From Azolla caroliniana (taxonomy: Eukaryota > Plantae > Polypodiophyta), in the NCBI GenBank assembly GCA_043228905.1, contig JBHGNT010000004.1, forward strand, positions 620,001 through 684,000: a DNA stretch of 64,000 bases, written 5' to 3'. The translations under genes and the position numbers were made by a program. Below, in pieces: positions 25,501-38,721 of this stretch (position 1 is the first letter of the stretch; each line of letters begins with the position of its first letter). Below the pieces are notes generated by a model. It had not been told where the DNA came from. It made no database searches and saw nothing but the letters and a program-made list of their open reading frames with translations.

Positions 25501-26919
25501 AATATCTTTAGTCGGCAGGTACCATGATGTGCTCACAATATTTCCTTTCAAAGTTTCAAGGCCTTTCGCTTTGTTAAATGTTTTCTTGTTCATCTTCTTT
25601 GATGGATGCAGTATGCCTTCAACTTATTTAGCCATAACTCTGCAGTACAGGAGAATGGCTATAATGAAGAAGAAATGAAACTTGTCAAAGAAACTAGAAA
25701 AATTTGGGTATGTTATTCCTTTTCATTGTAATAACGACAGCAGTTTGCACACATATATAAATATTGAAAAGATAATACGTAGGGTTGATGTTCTTTACAA
25801 TTGCTGATAATACGTAAAGCAGCAGAATATTCCAAAATTCTATAGATCGAAATTGTTTGAGAGAGTAGTGATATGTGGTGTAACAAATATGTGTGAAAGT
25901 ATTATAAGGATTTGAATCCAGTACCTTGTGCTAATAGGCATGGCAAATAACTAATGATCCTCCAAAGATATTATTATCCTTCCTTTCTCTCAATTGATTT
26001 TTAAATTTGGGTTTGTGTGCCCAGAATTATCCAGATGTGAAAGTCACAGCAACTTGTATCCGTGTACCAGTCATGCGTGCACATGCAGAAAGCATCAATC
26101 TTCATTTTGAAAACCCATTGGATGAGGTAAATCCTTCAGCACAAATATGCATTTGGTGAAAGGCAAGAATTTGCAATTCCGAGATCGTTAGAGAAAGAGA
26201 TTTGAATGGCTTAGTAACGATTCTTCTGTTGATCTTTATCATTATAATTCAGGATACGGCCAGAGAACTTCTAAGAAAAGCAGAGGGTGTTGTGGTAATT
26301 GATGATAGAGCGGCCAACAATTTTCCCACACCCCTTGAGGTATTAGCATATATGTTTTCTTAACTTCTGCGTTGTTTTTCCTCTTCATACAAATTTTAGC
26401 ATTTCATCTTTATTGTATTTCAAATCTTTGATCATGGGAACTGATTCGTAAAGCCCTATCATTAGCACATGCATGATCTGAAACGAAAAAAAATATCAGG
26501 ATCCTTATTTATTTTTAGAATCAATCTATCATTGAACCCATTGCTTAATATTTGAACTCATGGCGTTGATAGTGCCAAGGATAAGCATTACCACAACGAC
26601 ACCATGTTTCAATATTTTAAGCTTTAAGGATGTTAATATTGGTCTCTGTGCAATCTGTATTTTGAAGGTATCCAAGAAAGATGCTGTTGCTGTTGGCAGA
26701 GTCAGACGAGATATCTCTCTGGATTCTAATTATGGGTAATGATGCTAATTCTGGTCAATCTTTATTCAGTTTCATACCAAGTTTATTGCATCCTTTTGAA
26801 GATTAAATATATGTATTATGCATATATATAAATTCAGGTTGGATATATTTGTTTGTGGAGACCAAATCCGGAAAGGAGCAGCACTGAATGCAGTTCAAAT
26901 CGCAGAAAAACTTCTCTAA
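22563..26919 (+). CDS. ASD: Aspartate-semialdehyde dehydrogenase, plastid-targeted (11 exons)
   Basis: Exons 22563-22886, 23450-23535, 24654-24753, 24872-24994, 25069-25155, 25474-25518, 25612-25707, 26025-26126, 26253-26339, 26668-26735, 26838-26919. Ser-rich transit peptide, then [37 protein letters not shown] (catalytic Cys), [24 protein letters not shown] and [16 protein letters not shown]. Confidence 0.96.
24257..24653. repeat. Tandem repeat, ~131-bp unit x3, at the 3' end of ASD intron 2
   Basis: Unit ttactcargtaa...gtgctataagacag...ccttacaatttccatatttt occurs three times; the last copy ends in the real acceptor. Confidence 0.9.
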
Positions 26920-28756
26920 GTAACCTGTTCTCTATTCTCAATATCGAGAATATAATACCTTTTTTGTTTTCTTTCAAAGTTATGAACTACGGCCAATCAT
27001 AATTGGCCATCCATTGCCTGAGAGAGAATCATTTTAACAGAAAGACTTGGCAATCGAGGATTTTTTTCTCATTTCTCCTAGGGTTAATCAATAAGCAGTC
27101 AGGAAACTCTATTTTTTGGAGGCTTTTTTGCTTCTTTTTTCGGCAGTCTTTGAGCTTCTTAATGAGGGTTTTCTTTTTCAGCTAATTGGACACCTATAAG
27201 AATTTGAATCTTATATCTTTTTATATTGTGATTTGTATCCCACATGAGTTTTTCTGCAGATGTCAGCGAAGCAATGTAGAGGGTTTATTTACTGCAATTG
27301 GAACACCGATCAATTGCATCACCTATGGTTATAGTTGAATGACATACGTCATGTGCTAAACATAAAATGGTTGTCTTTTTATTGATCATGTGATGGATTG
27401 TGTATTGCTGATTTGACACCAATCATTGTAAAAAACATTTGTTTAGCAATTAAGATAATTGATTTAAGATCATACAAAAATGAAGTAATGCCTTCATTGT
27501 CCCTGATCTTTTTTTTAAGATCATCACTATTGTTATCTTTTTCGTAAGTTTAGTTGAATTGTCATTGTTCTGAAATATTTATAAGCATATTTTGAATTGA
27601 CACCTGTTTTTTTAATTGGAGTTGGATATTTGTGTTTGTCTATCATGTGACCTCCCCTAGGGAAAACACCATAATTATACACTCAGTGGAACCACAATGT
27701 AAATTCTCTCATTATAATAACTGTCCTTAAAGGACCTAACTGCCGATTACTGAAGTTGAATATGCGGAGTTTGGTGAACCATTGCTTTGACTACTCTAGA
27801 ATTTCAGTTGCCAAATGAGAAGCTTAAATATCCATGAATTTTGTTTATCATGTGGTTTGTGTTAGTCATGATGCTAGATTTTACAAGCTGGATATGAAGG
27901 TAACAAAGTTGTCTGTGGTTACTCTTTTTATGTTTCATTTGCAATTGGTACCTATATATCATTGGGTATGTCATATAGGTATGTGGTTACGTGAATCTAA
28001 TCTACTTTTCAATGTATCTAACACCATCAGCTTTGGAATGAAACATATAGACTCAATAGTGTAGTGATGGAATACTTATCTCATGAGATGCACAGAGAAG
28101 AAGGTATTCCTTGATGGCTAACACCACTCCATCTAAGAACTCGGGGAACATGGTTTGTGTTTTCTCTTCACAGTAATTATGAATAAATACAAGTGAATCC
28201 AATGAGTAAAATTTGCTTCATGAGGCTGTGAAGAACATGTTTGTATTTGGGAATCGGTTCTTCTCACTTTATCATAATCTTTGTCATATGCATCACGATT
28301 CATCCATGCTTGCCATTGTCCTCACTTTCACCATTGATATACAAACACATGCGTGCAAAAACTGAAATTTGTGACCTTATGGTACTTTGAACGACAATAG
28401 AACCATCAAACTTAAGCTGCATTGTATCAAACTAAAAACATCAAGTAAAATGAAGCCTCTTTACATGGGTGCTTGTTGAGAGAAAATCCGATGAGCTTGG
28501 CAATCATCAAAATCAAGGAGCAATCTATGGGCAGATACAATCAAAGCGCAATTGGATGAAATATCTGGTAACCGAATTAGGCATAACCCAAAGGAGATGA
28601 GAATTAGGAATGGGTAAGCAAATAAAGACAGATTAAAGCAGCTCCTGTTTTTTATTTTTTTACTGAGCCACATGTGGGTAAAAGTTATGGATGAGATAAA
28701 TTGATATGATAAAATGGAGAATGGAAGCTATCGATTCTCATCTGAAGAAGGAAAGG

Positions 28757-30827
28757 ATGCTCCTCTTACACAGCCCTTTCCTGGAGCTCTGCTCCTACCA
28801 CCATCGCCATCACCATCTTCATCTCCATCTTCGTCTTCATCACCACCACCATGTGGGTGCTATCAGAAGGACTTCTCCCCTGCACCACACGAATCTCCAT
28901 ATCCAAAAGCAAAGCTCTAGGTCTCTGCTCTTTCCACCCCGTCTCTGTCAGAAAGGCAAGGAGCCACGCGCACACGCTTCTCCTCCCCCAACTGAAGAGG
29001 TACACAGCACAAATAACAATTTCTCGACCTCTTTTTGAAATTTGAAGGACATGGTCAAAAGACATATTCTCACAGTATTCGCACAATGTTAAATTTGGAG
29101 AAAAGGTTGTTAATTTGACCTCTTCTTTCATGTGTGAGTGAGTGAGTGTGTGTGTGTGTGCACTGCACCTTTTCTATGTACAGGTGTGTGAGTATGTCTG
29201 TGGATATAGCGTATGTAGGTTTAGGTATGTACATACGTGTATATGTATGTATATGTATCTATGTATGTGTGTATGTATGATTTATGTTTTGTTTTTAGAC
29301 ATGAAGAATCCCTAAACCAGAATTAAAGACCGCAGTTTTCAAAAATTCATATATATGAAAAAGTTCAGTTCTTTTACCATTCCCTTATATCAAATCGGGG
29401 GCAATTTGTATATTAGGATGTGATCAATGATGAGGAGCTTGATGATGATGAACTGGATGCTCTATTCGAGGAGCACGGGGAAGTAGTGGTTGCTGATCCC
29501 AACCCAAAGCCAACCTCTGCTGATGCCGATGATGATGCCAATAGTTTGGCACGTAAGGAATACACAAACAAACCAGTATAGATATAGATATGTCATTTCT
29601 GTTTGCTTATACTGTCCAATGACTGTGTTTTCATTTTCTATGTCAAAAGTCTATTGTTCATTTGCTAGTAAAAGGCCATAAATCATGATATCTTGTCCTT
29701 GAGTCTTAAATTGTGATGTGTTAATGTTGGGGGAAAACATGGGAGTATGTACCAGAATATCCCTTTTTTCAAATATTACTAGAATACACCCATTAAATGC
29801 AAAACGCAACACAAATCCAAAAAACTGGTGATTTTTGAGTCTTAGGGTTACTCTGGTAAATATCAAAAAACTTAAGGGTGCTCTGTTCAATATATAATAA
29901 TAATAACAGGGTATATATCTTGGTATCTCGCCCTCTATTGTATATTATCATTAGGTGATAAAATCATGACGTACTTGTCATCTTTACAAAGTTTTGTTGT
30001 TCCTTTCTCCAGTTGCAGTTGCCCTTGCAGAGGCAGCAAATGATGGAAAGGGGGCTGACATATTAGTCCTTCATGTCAAACCCCTGATCTATTGGACACG
30101 ATTTTTTGTCATTGCAACTGCTTTCTCCCGTCCTCAATTGGCAGCAATAAAGTATGCAATGAATGTCTTTCCTATGCATTCCAGATTTTATATCATGGAA
30201 AAATAATTTGTTTAGTATCTACTTCCACTTTCCTGTTTTTCTTACCTGTTGATAGTTAAAAAGTTTGAATTAGAAGGAAGAAATTAAAAACCTTACAGTT
30301 ACCATTCAATGGAGGGTAATAGCTTTAGGGAGTTATTCTGAAAATGTTTTTCTATTGATTGCCTGCTTTAATAATGAGCAGCAAGAGGATGCGAGATATT
30401 GGAGAAGAAAGGTTCAAGGTTATTCCTCGAGGTGACACAAAACCCAATGCTTGGACACTGCTTGACTATGGTATGTGAGTGTTGCTCGTATATGACTGTA
30501 TCTATATACATGCATATGTGAATGTGTATGTCAATATGTATGTACACACATAAACATGTATGTATATGTGTGTTGTATATATATTTATGTAGTAGTATGA
30601 GTTGTGTATGCATTATGGATATATGTTGTTGTCCATCAACCACAATGTATATCCCCCACCCAGCCTTCATATATCTAAAATATTCCTAATATTGTTTTGT
30701 TTGTTTTTCAGGGGATGTGGTAGTGCATGTATTCCTACCGAAAGAGAGAGCCTTCTATAACCTGGAGGAATTTTATGCAAATGCCACATCAGTGGAGCTT
30801 CCTTTTAAATCGGAAACGGCTCCATGA
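28757..30827 (+). CDS. IOJAP: Plastid Iojap / ribosomal silencing factor RsfS (5 exons); start codon uncertain (28706, 28721 or 28757)
   Basis: Exons ~28757-28999, 29417-29552, 30013-30151, 30382-30470, 30712-30827. Motifs DDDANSLALAVALA, KGADILVLHVKPLIYWTRFFVIATAFSRPQ and [28 protein letters not shown]. Confidence 0.92.
29729..29933. mobile_element. Mutator-like MITE remnant in an Iojap intron
   Basis: Starts GGGGGAAAAC; contains taccagaatatccct/ctagaatacaccc with inverted gggttactctggta; ends tctcgccct. Same motifs as 48205-48362. Confidence 0.4.
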
Positions 30828-32189
30828 ATTTTGCACTTGAAGCCATCGTTATATAAAGGAAGATTGTGGAGAATATTATCACAATCACTACATGCCAATG
30901 AAGAGGTCCATTGTCTCACAAACTTCATGATGCATCAAACCATGCAAAACAGGAAAGAAGCTCGAAAGTGAGAGAGATAGCTTTTGAAGTGTTTTGGAAA
31001 ATATCGGGTAAAAACTCCGAAATGTTGGTCCGCGTTCAGTAACCTTATGAGTGCTTGTGAGGTGAAATTGGGTTGCTAGCATGTAACTTCTCTTAACTTG
31101 AGATTAAGTCTCTTAATACAAGGAGTGAGGTCTAGATCAGTATAACACTTACCAATTTATAATTAAACCAGATGATTAAATTATTTTCACTTTTTCTATT
31201 ATTTCCAACTATATTTGAATGTATATTTGTGAATAGCTGATCAATTACGTTTTCAATGGTTAAGGTAGAAGAGCCATTCGAAATAAATATCAAGGTGCAT
31301 AGAATCATCATTCTTTAGCTGTTATATTATTACCTATAGTCTCTTCTAAATATAAGTGCAAACTACATGATCAATGGTATAACCATTTTTTGATAGTCTT
31401 GTGGATCAAATTTGTAAAATTTGAGCGTCCATGCTGTTTGAAGGACATTGTTTTTTCATGCATGTTGCTATGTAGATTTATTGTTATAGATTTCGGTTAA
31501 TCCAAAAGAACATCTTATACAAAAACATATTTTGGCAAAGATGGTGGAACACGTGGTATCATTACAGTGGGAATGACGTTGTCTCATTACAACCCATCAT
31601 GACTAGACTCTGCTTCTAATGCAAATACACTGCTGAATATAATGGTATGGTATTTCTTCTATCGATTTCAGTAGTATACTTAGAACAATCTATTTTCATA
31701 ACCTAATGAAGTAAAAGATACCTAGTGTACTTAGCAGCACCCTATGTATACAAGGTGCCTGAAGGTACACAAGTAATATGAGCCATATGCCATTTTTACT
31801 GATACACAGGAAGGGGGTGGCGTGGGGCAGCCTATACTAGATAAAAAACCATTCTCACTAGGTTGTTTTCATAGGGAAGCACCAACCTATCTAGATACTT
31901 GCTTCGCATAAGTTGGGAGAATCAAGAGTTCGAAGTCAAGTTAATTCAATTGAAAAGAGACATTAGAAAAGTCAACCAATCTTTTAACACCAGCTATTGA
32001 AATCAGATCCAATTCCAATATCTTCAAAGTTTCTTCTATCATAGACTAATGAAGCTTCTAATCGCATAATCCAAATCCAAAGCATGATTCAAATTCAGTA
32101 CAAAAGACTTATCTGTTTAAAAAAAGTCCGCTAAATCCATTACAAAGTTACTACCTTTTTTTTAAATAACTATTTCTTGTTCACCACCA

Positions 32190-32428
32190 CCATAAGAATA
32201 TATAGAATGGGAAAGATGCAAAGCACAAAACCCCCACCATACGAATATAGAATAACCCTTACCATTTTGTTTGATTACAGGGCCTATTACGTATACAATT
32301 ATTCATCCATAAAGAATATAGAATGGGAAAGATGCAAAGACAAAACCACCACCATACGAATATAGAATAACCCTTACCATTTTGTTTGATTACAGGGCCT
32401 ATTACATATACAATTATTCATCCATAAA
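32190..32428. repeat. Direct tandem duplication, ~117-bp unit x2, downstream of ARP6
   Basis: tatagaatgggaaagatgcaaag...tacagggcctattac...ttcatccataaa is present twice, nearly identical. Confidence 0.88.
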
Positions 32429-33003
32429 TAAGCCTTTCGAAACACAGAGGGAAGCAACTGCAAACAAGAGTGAGCTCAACATCACATCCATTTTCAAAGT
32501 GAACATTCATCAACTGTTGTTTTCTTTACATTGCAAAATCTAATGAGATAAAATGATTTCAGTGTACATAAAGTGTGTAAGAGTAAGAATTTGGTGATAA
32601 TGGTCATTCCTGCCTAATTTTTGATTGGATAAAGTGAGCTTGAAACTCGAGAACAGTATACGGATTTTCGGGCACAAGTTGCCAAATCATCAGGAAAAAT
32701 ATCATTTCCAAATCAGAATGATAGAGGAGGCATTAATCAAGTTCTTCATCTTGCCTCTGCACTCAAAAGGCCTTTATGCGGATTTCCTTGGGCTTATAAT
32801 TGAAGCTTGTGGTTCCACATTTCCGGTAATGGTCATCTCTTCAAGAGTCTTTCTCTCGTCTTTTGTAAAATACGTTAACCCCATTCTCTATCATCTTCTT
32901 GATGTTTCTCATGAGAAACTCTGTATCTTTTAAAAACACAATCGTCCCACTCTCATCTTGAACTCGAACATCTTTTATCATTAGAAAAATTGTAAACGTC
33001 ACG

Positions 33004-36000
33004 TCAGCAACGCATAAACCTTCGTCGACACCTATATGAACCCAACTCTTCATATTCCGCTTTGGTGACAGAGCAGCTCTCAAAATCTGGCCTTGCTGCA
33101 AGCATGGAACCCCCTCTCCAAGGTGCCAAGATAGGACTAACAAGGAAACATAATTAAACCTTACATTCGTGAGAACACATTGAGAAACCACAATATCTTC
33201 TTATAATTAAAAATAAACTTTCAGCATTTCTCAACGACTTCCTAAAATACATGTATCTAAAAGATGGACTAGAGTTTACTCATCAACAGCAAGCACATTT
33301 AACTTGTATTCTGTTGGGACAAGAGGTCGAAGTTCCATCTCCCTGTAAATCAACAAAATACAATCTCAAATTGTGCATAAAGTTATCAACATCATTAATT
33401 CATACAACCATTAGTAAGAGTCAAAAAGAAGGTTAGAGATAGGCCAATTAGCACCATGATTTTCTATGTGCGGTCTAAAGACCATTCACAAGAGTTTATT
33501 GTTATATTACGAAGGGCAAGTTACCATCTTGGATTAACTTCCACTTTTCCTGTAGCTGTGGTTTGCACAAGCTGTCCTCATGTACACACCTCTATAGAAA
33601 GGTATAATCTTATGGGATGCAATTAAGCCTCTATGAACCAATTGGCCTCTAAGTAAGCCGTCAATTTTATCACCCTTTGATGATTTTTTTTCCATACTTT
33701 ACATTATTAAGGTCATGGTCCTGAAATCAATTCACCATTTATAAGTTCTTTTTACTTTCATATTATTATCATTCCAAACATCGGCCAGAAAAAGTTTGGC
33801 AGTATTCATGGTACATGCATAATAAAGTTGAACTATATATATGTATTTGGAATATATGGTCCTACAATCTTTCTTTGAATCCCGGAAATTTTGTAGTTCC
33901 TCCTGTCAATACAAGGCTGCACAAAAAACAAAAACCAAGAGTTCAAAGGTCATTTCACAAAGAAAACAGGTTATCTAAAGCTACATTCATTGTTGCAATA
34001 AAGAAATCTCACCTGGAATAAAGGAATGGGTGTAGATCAGGATGACATGATGAAACTGCTCTGGTTATGCATTCTGCAAGCCCAGCTTGATTTATGCCTG
34101 GATTTTTGTTTTCATATTAAACTAGTATTTAATAACCATTAAAATTACACATCAAGAATGTCCCAATGAAAAATCAGTAGAAAAAGCTTCGTTTTACCAA
34201 GATCTGGTGGATGGAATAACATCTCAGGTACCAAGAACCTTTCATTTGTCACCGTCAACTCCTGAAAAAACGAAAAGTTTACAGCACTATTATTTAAGAA
34301 AGAACCATCAAAGATTATGGTGTCTGGATAACTGTGACTAAAAGAAATTATTGTATTGGATTTGATTGGATCGTACTGTATTGCCACCATTCATCCAAGT
34401 TCTGGCTTACCTGAATGATATCCTTGGCAATAGATGGTGTTTTTTCCATAGCTACAGGTACTGTTTCCTCTATTATTTGATTTGGTGGTGCCACTCCATT
34501 GTTTTCTGTTACATGTCTGTATGCTGCTCGGACAGTATCAAGGTCCTTTACCACACCTCTCTTATGATGAATCCCATCTGGAAGCACATAATCGCAACGA
34601 ATATAATTCTCCTTCCCAGGTTTCCTGAACAAAAAAGCCAATTAGCACTTTTCTATTCTTCTGGTCCTCACAACAACGATTTCTTTATAGCTGGAGATTT
34701 ATTTCTTTAAGATTTTTAGATATCTTTGAAAAATAATATAAATGAATGTCTCGGTTTAACTGAAAGAAAATATATAACACACTTAACATTTGAATGCTTC
34801 AAAACATTTCCAATTTAGGGTAGATAAACTAGGTAGGCCAAAACTAGAGAAAAATGGCGCGGAAAAATAGAAAAACTCATCACTTTGTGAATCCATTTCT
34901 TGATTCAAGGAAAGAGCTGTTTTTGCTGGGGGAAAGAGGCTAGAAACAATCATTTCTATCAGAAGAAAGAAACGGCATCTAGGAAATTTTAACTCAACTC
35001 CAAACTGAGTAGTATATTGACATTACATCTAAAAACATTAATTCTATATAGATAAGTGAATTTGAAATTTTTTGAGGGCCCATATCCAGAATTTAGAAGT
35101 TCAGATTGAATGCAAAGAGCCTGATAAGAACTTGAAAGTTGTGCGAAAGAATTGCTCATTCAAGGTTGCAAATCCCTATATATAAAAAACTTATTATGTC
35201 TAGATGATTCAAGGTAAAAGAAGAGAATTTAAAAAGATCATGATTAGAGCGAGACCTAGCAGTTAGTGACATTTCAGAGAGTATAAGTACTGTATATATA
35301 TTTTTCAGGATCAAATGCACTAGTGAGATTTTCCAAAGTTTGTATAATTTGCCCACATCGAAAAACGATTTCTAGGAAAAGGAAGTCCTTACCTTGCAAT
35401 TTCCATGTCCGAAGCGACATCCAGAGATGTGTAGCAGAGCTTCTCTTTGACATCCTCCATGATCCAGGTCTCATCTAGCATGTTAATGGTTCTATAAGAA
35501 ACAAGCTCTTTCAAGTAGTTAGTGAGTGCTTTCCCACCGAGATCAATCCTCTTCACACCCGCATTACAGGTGAAGCCATTGAAAACAGGCGCAGCATGAG
35601 TGAAAGAGAAGCCACAATCTACAACAAGGCTACACCCTGACCTGGCGAGCATACTTTCTGGGAATCGGGTTTGCATGTAGAGATGTGTGAGTGAAGGCGC
35701 ATCGGCAACAAAGAGCGATCGGAACCCTAGGTCTTCAAACACAAGCTCGTCGGTGATCTTTTGTATGGAGGGTAGGGTGAACAAGGGTTCAACAAGCAGG
35801 AGAGATGATTCTGTGGGTTGAACATTGAGCAAAGTTTTGAGGGTTCGGTCCCATATCTCTTTCTGGAGGTCGGGATTGATGAGATAGCCTCGATCCATAG
35901 GGCGTCGGATGCCAAGCCGTTGCAACTCCTCGCAACGTGTGATCTGGTCAGCGACAAGCCATCTGCGACCACTCTGAGGTCGAGCCACGCAATTGGGCAC

Positions 36001-36240
36001 TACTGCTTCTGGATCATCTCTCCCTGCAAACCCTGCTTTGCACCATCCTGCCCCATTGTCTATGACCACTATCGACTTCGATGAGCTTTTCAATCCAAAC
36101 CTTCCTCCTCTTCTCTTCATGCTTCCATCTCTTCTTCTTCTTCGACTTCTTCGTGCTTCCTCTTCCTCTTCGAGTTCTTCCTCGTCTTCATCTTCGAGTT
36201 CTTCATGATCATCTCTGTCACTCCCATGGACTTGGCCCAT
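33004..36240 (-). CDS. ARP6: Actin-related protein 6 (SWR1 complex subunit), 7 exons
   Basis: Exons 36240-35393, 34624-34411, 34261-34198, 34097-34013, 33916-33866, 33342-33280, 33136-33004. Motifs IVVIDNGAG, RRPMDRGYLINPDLQ, VVDCGFSFTHAAPVF, KRIDLGGKALTNYLKELVSYR, YVLPDG, TNERFLVPEMLFHP, NQAGLAECI, ELRPLVP and WRGGSMLA..VTKAEYEELGS.RCRRRF. Confidence 0.95.
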
Positions 36241-36496
36241 CGTGGGTAGGACACCCGAGTGGATGGAGTTAGGAGAGAGCGGTCGTAATGTATATGGCTC
36301 TGTAGGTTTTGCAGCACACGATCAGAAGGGATTCTCTGGTTTGTGTGGCCCCTGTTTTTTGCCTCTGTTTCTGTCAATCTCAACTTATTCTGTTTGTCGT
36401 CTCTGTGACTGTCTGTCTCGATGCTCTCTGTTTCTCGAAAAGGGTCTGCGTCTCTGTCTATAGCTCCGTCTCTGCCTCTGTTTTTTTCTCACGAGG

Positions 36497-36499
<3 letters not shown>

Positions 36500-36539
<40 letters not shown>

Positions 36540-36602
36540 CTCTAGGCCACGGACATGCTCTGTTCCAACATTGTGTGTGTGTGTGTGTGATAGAGAGAGA
36601 GA

Positions 36603-36637
<35 letters not shown>

Positions 36638-36716
36638 TGTGTGTGTGTGTGTGATAGAGAGAGAGAGAGTGTGTGTGTGTGTGTAAGAGAGAGAGAGTGT
36701 GTGTGTGTGTGTGTGA
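36500..36716. repeat. Compound (GA)n/(GT)n microsatellite upstream of ARP6
   Basis: (GA)~16 followed by alternating (GT)n and (GA)n blocks. Confidence 0.9.
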
Positions 36717-36724
36717 GCCCAGAT

Positions 36725-37108
36725 GGATGTAGCTCAGTTGGTAAGGTTGCCAATGGAGACTAGGTGGTCATGGGTTCAACCCCCTACATTCCACAGTGGC
36801 ATCTAGAGAATTATATGAGAGTATATAGTTGGTAAGGTTGCCCAATGGAGACCAGGTGGTCATGGGTTCAACCCCCTACATTCCCCATGTGGCATCTAGA
36901 AAATTATACGAGAGTATATAGTTTGTAAGGTTGCCCAATGGAGACCAGGTGGTATCTCATGGGTTCAACCCCCTACATTCCACAGGTGGCATCTAGAGAA
37001 TTATATGAGAGTATATAGTTGGTAAGGTTGCCCAATGGAGACCAGGTGGTCATGGGTTCAACCCCCTACATTCCACATTGGCATCTAGAGAATTATATTA
37101 GAGTATAT
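36725..37108 (+). mobile_element. tRNA-derived SINE-like unit amplified in tandem x4 (91-97 bp period)
   Basis: First copy has A-box TAGCTCAGTTGG (36730-36741) and B-box GGTTCAACCC (36773-36782); the unit recurs at 36827, 36920 and 37017. Confidence 0.7.
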
Positions 37109-38721
37109 GAAGTATATAATAGTGAGGTGAGAAAATTAGGTTTCGAACCCATGACACAATGCTTGTAGTGTTAACAACTTACCACTAGGGTAAGGTAATT
37201 ACGAGAAAAGAGAGAGAGAGAGAGAGTGTGTGTTTTTGTTTGTTTTATTAGAATCTCTTTGTTCTTGTTATATGTTTCTCCTTGCCTCTCTTTGTTGTGT
37301 GTTTGAGTAGCAAAGTAGCGGCAGGCCCTTGCACTTGCTCTCACACTCCTTGCTCGCCTCGCCCATCCACGCTCACGTGCACCCGAAAATAACATCGGAC
37401 ATCGAATCACATCATTGTCGCAACTCCGCATCTCGATGTGGCCATAAGCCAATGTGTCTTGTTCATTGAAACGTCTCCTACCCGTGTTGTGCTCCGTTTT
37501 GTTCTAGTAATATTGGTGTGTTTTCGCACATTAGTGTCATGTTCCTAGATCATCTCTCACCTATGTCATTGTATTATATGTTTCGGTAGTTGCAACGTGC
37601 CCTTTTCTCGTGGCTCTGATCGAATGTTGATTGGACCGAAAAAAATGTGGCACGGTGAATTCTTACTATACTCAAAAAGTTGTTCTCATAATGTGATCAA
37701 TTTTGAAGCTTGTCGATGTTTTGAAGGTCCACTAGCTCAATTGGAGCACAATCACAATGCCAATACATACTAGGACCATCTCCCACCCTCTCCAAACTAT
37801 TAGATTAAAGACAGTAGGTAGATATATCTTAGAGCTAAAACAACATTGAGAGAATAGTCTACAACATGTTAACCATAACTAATATTCACCAACATGTAAC
37901 CAATGAAAAAATTGAGGGACAGGAGGGGACAATGAGCATGGTTGCACCACTCGGCCTCTCCCTCCCTCGCTAAAGCAAAAAACCAAAGAACAACCAAACG
38001 TCCTCGATTACTAGGCCTCAAAGTCACTCGTTGTGCAAAATCAATTAAGAAGATAAGGGAACGTGAGTTACACCGCCTAGAAGCTATGGTTAGGATATCT
38101 TTTACAACGGGACCATGAGCCACAACCACATCGAAACCCTTTGATGTCCCGCTCCTTTTTGAGAGACTTGGATGGAAATGAAACTAGGCTTAGCACATAG
38201 TCATTTCCTTTATAGAATATGTTACACCATAACATCTTTTATACAATACCATGACTCTTTTATCTATGTTTATTTTATTTTTATTTTCGATGATTGGATA
38301 CACGTCCCATTTTGTTGTAACCAATTGTCTCGTGGACCAAATTTTGTCTTGAAGATGTTAATACATCTTTCTTTCTTCTTTCATAGAGACTTGATTCACT
38401 AATACTACCATCCAAGCACAAACCAATGCAAAATGAGTATACACATGTGATTCAATGTCTTAAAATGTGAGCATGTCACACAATCCAACTAGAGATATAT
38501 GTATCTGAATGAATGACTTCATAGGGCATTCATTTTAGTTCATTTTTAGCCACAAACATTCACAATATCTAGTATAATCGATTATTCTTGGACACTCATA
38601 TAACCTTCTCTAATCACATATGACTAAACATTCACACATCTTATATCTCCAAAGTTTTGTATGTTTTAGATATGGGGTTTGATGTAATTCCCTTTTCAAA
38701 TGTAACTAACTCGTATTATTG

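Noticed and set aside
32625-33003. Extra ARP6 exon or separate ORF after the stop
   Set aside because: ARP6 ends at its conserved RCRRRF terminus; downstream frames are short and motif-free, so this is likely 3' UTR.
36725-37108. CRISPR-like array or functional tRNA gene cluster
   Set aside because: The linkers are identical rather than unique spacers, there are no cas genes and the context is eukaryotic. The D and anticodon arms do not form a canonical cloverleaf.
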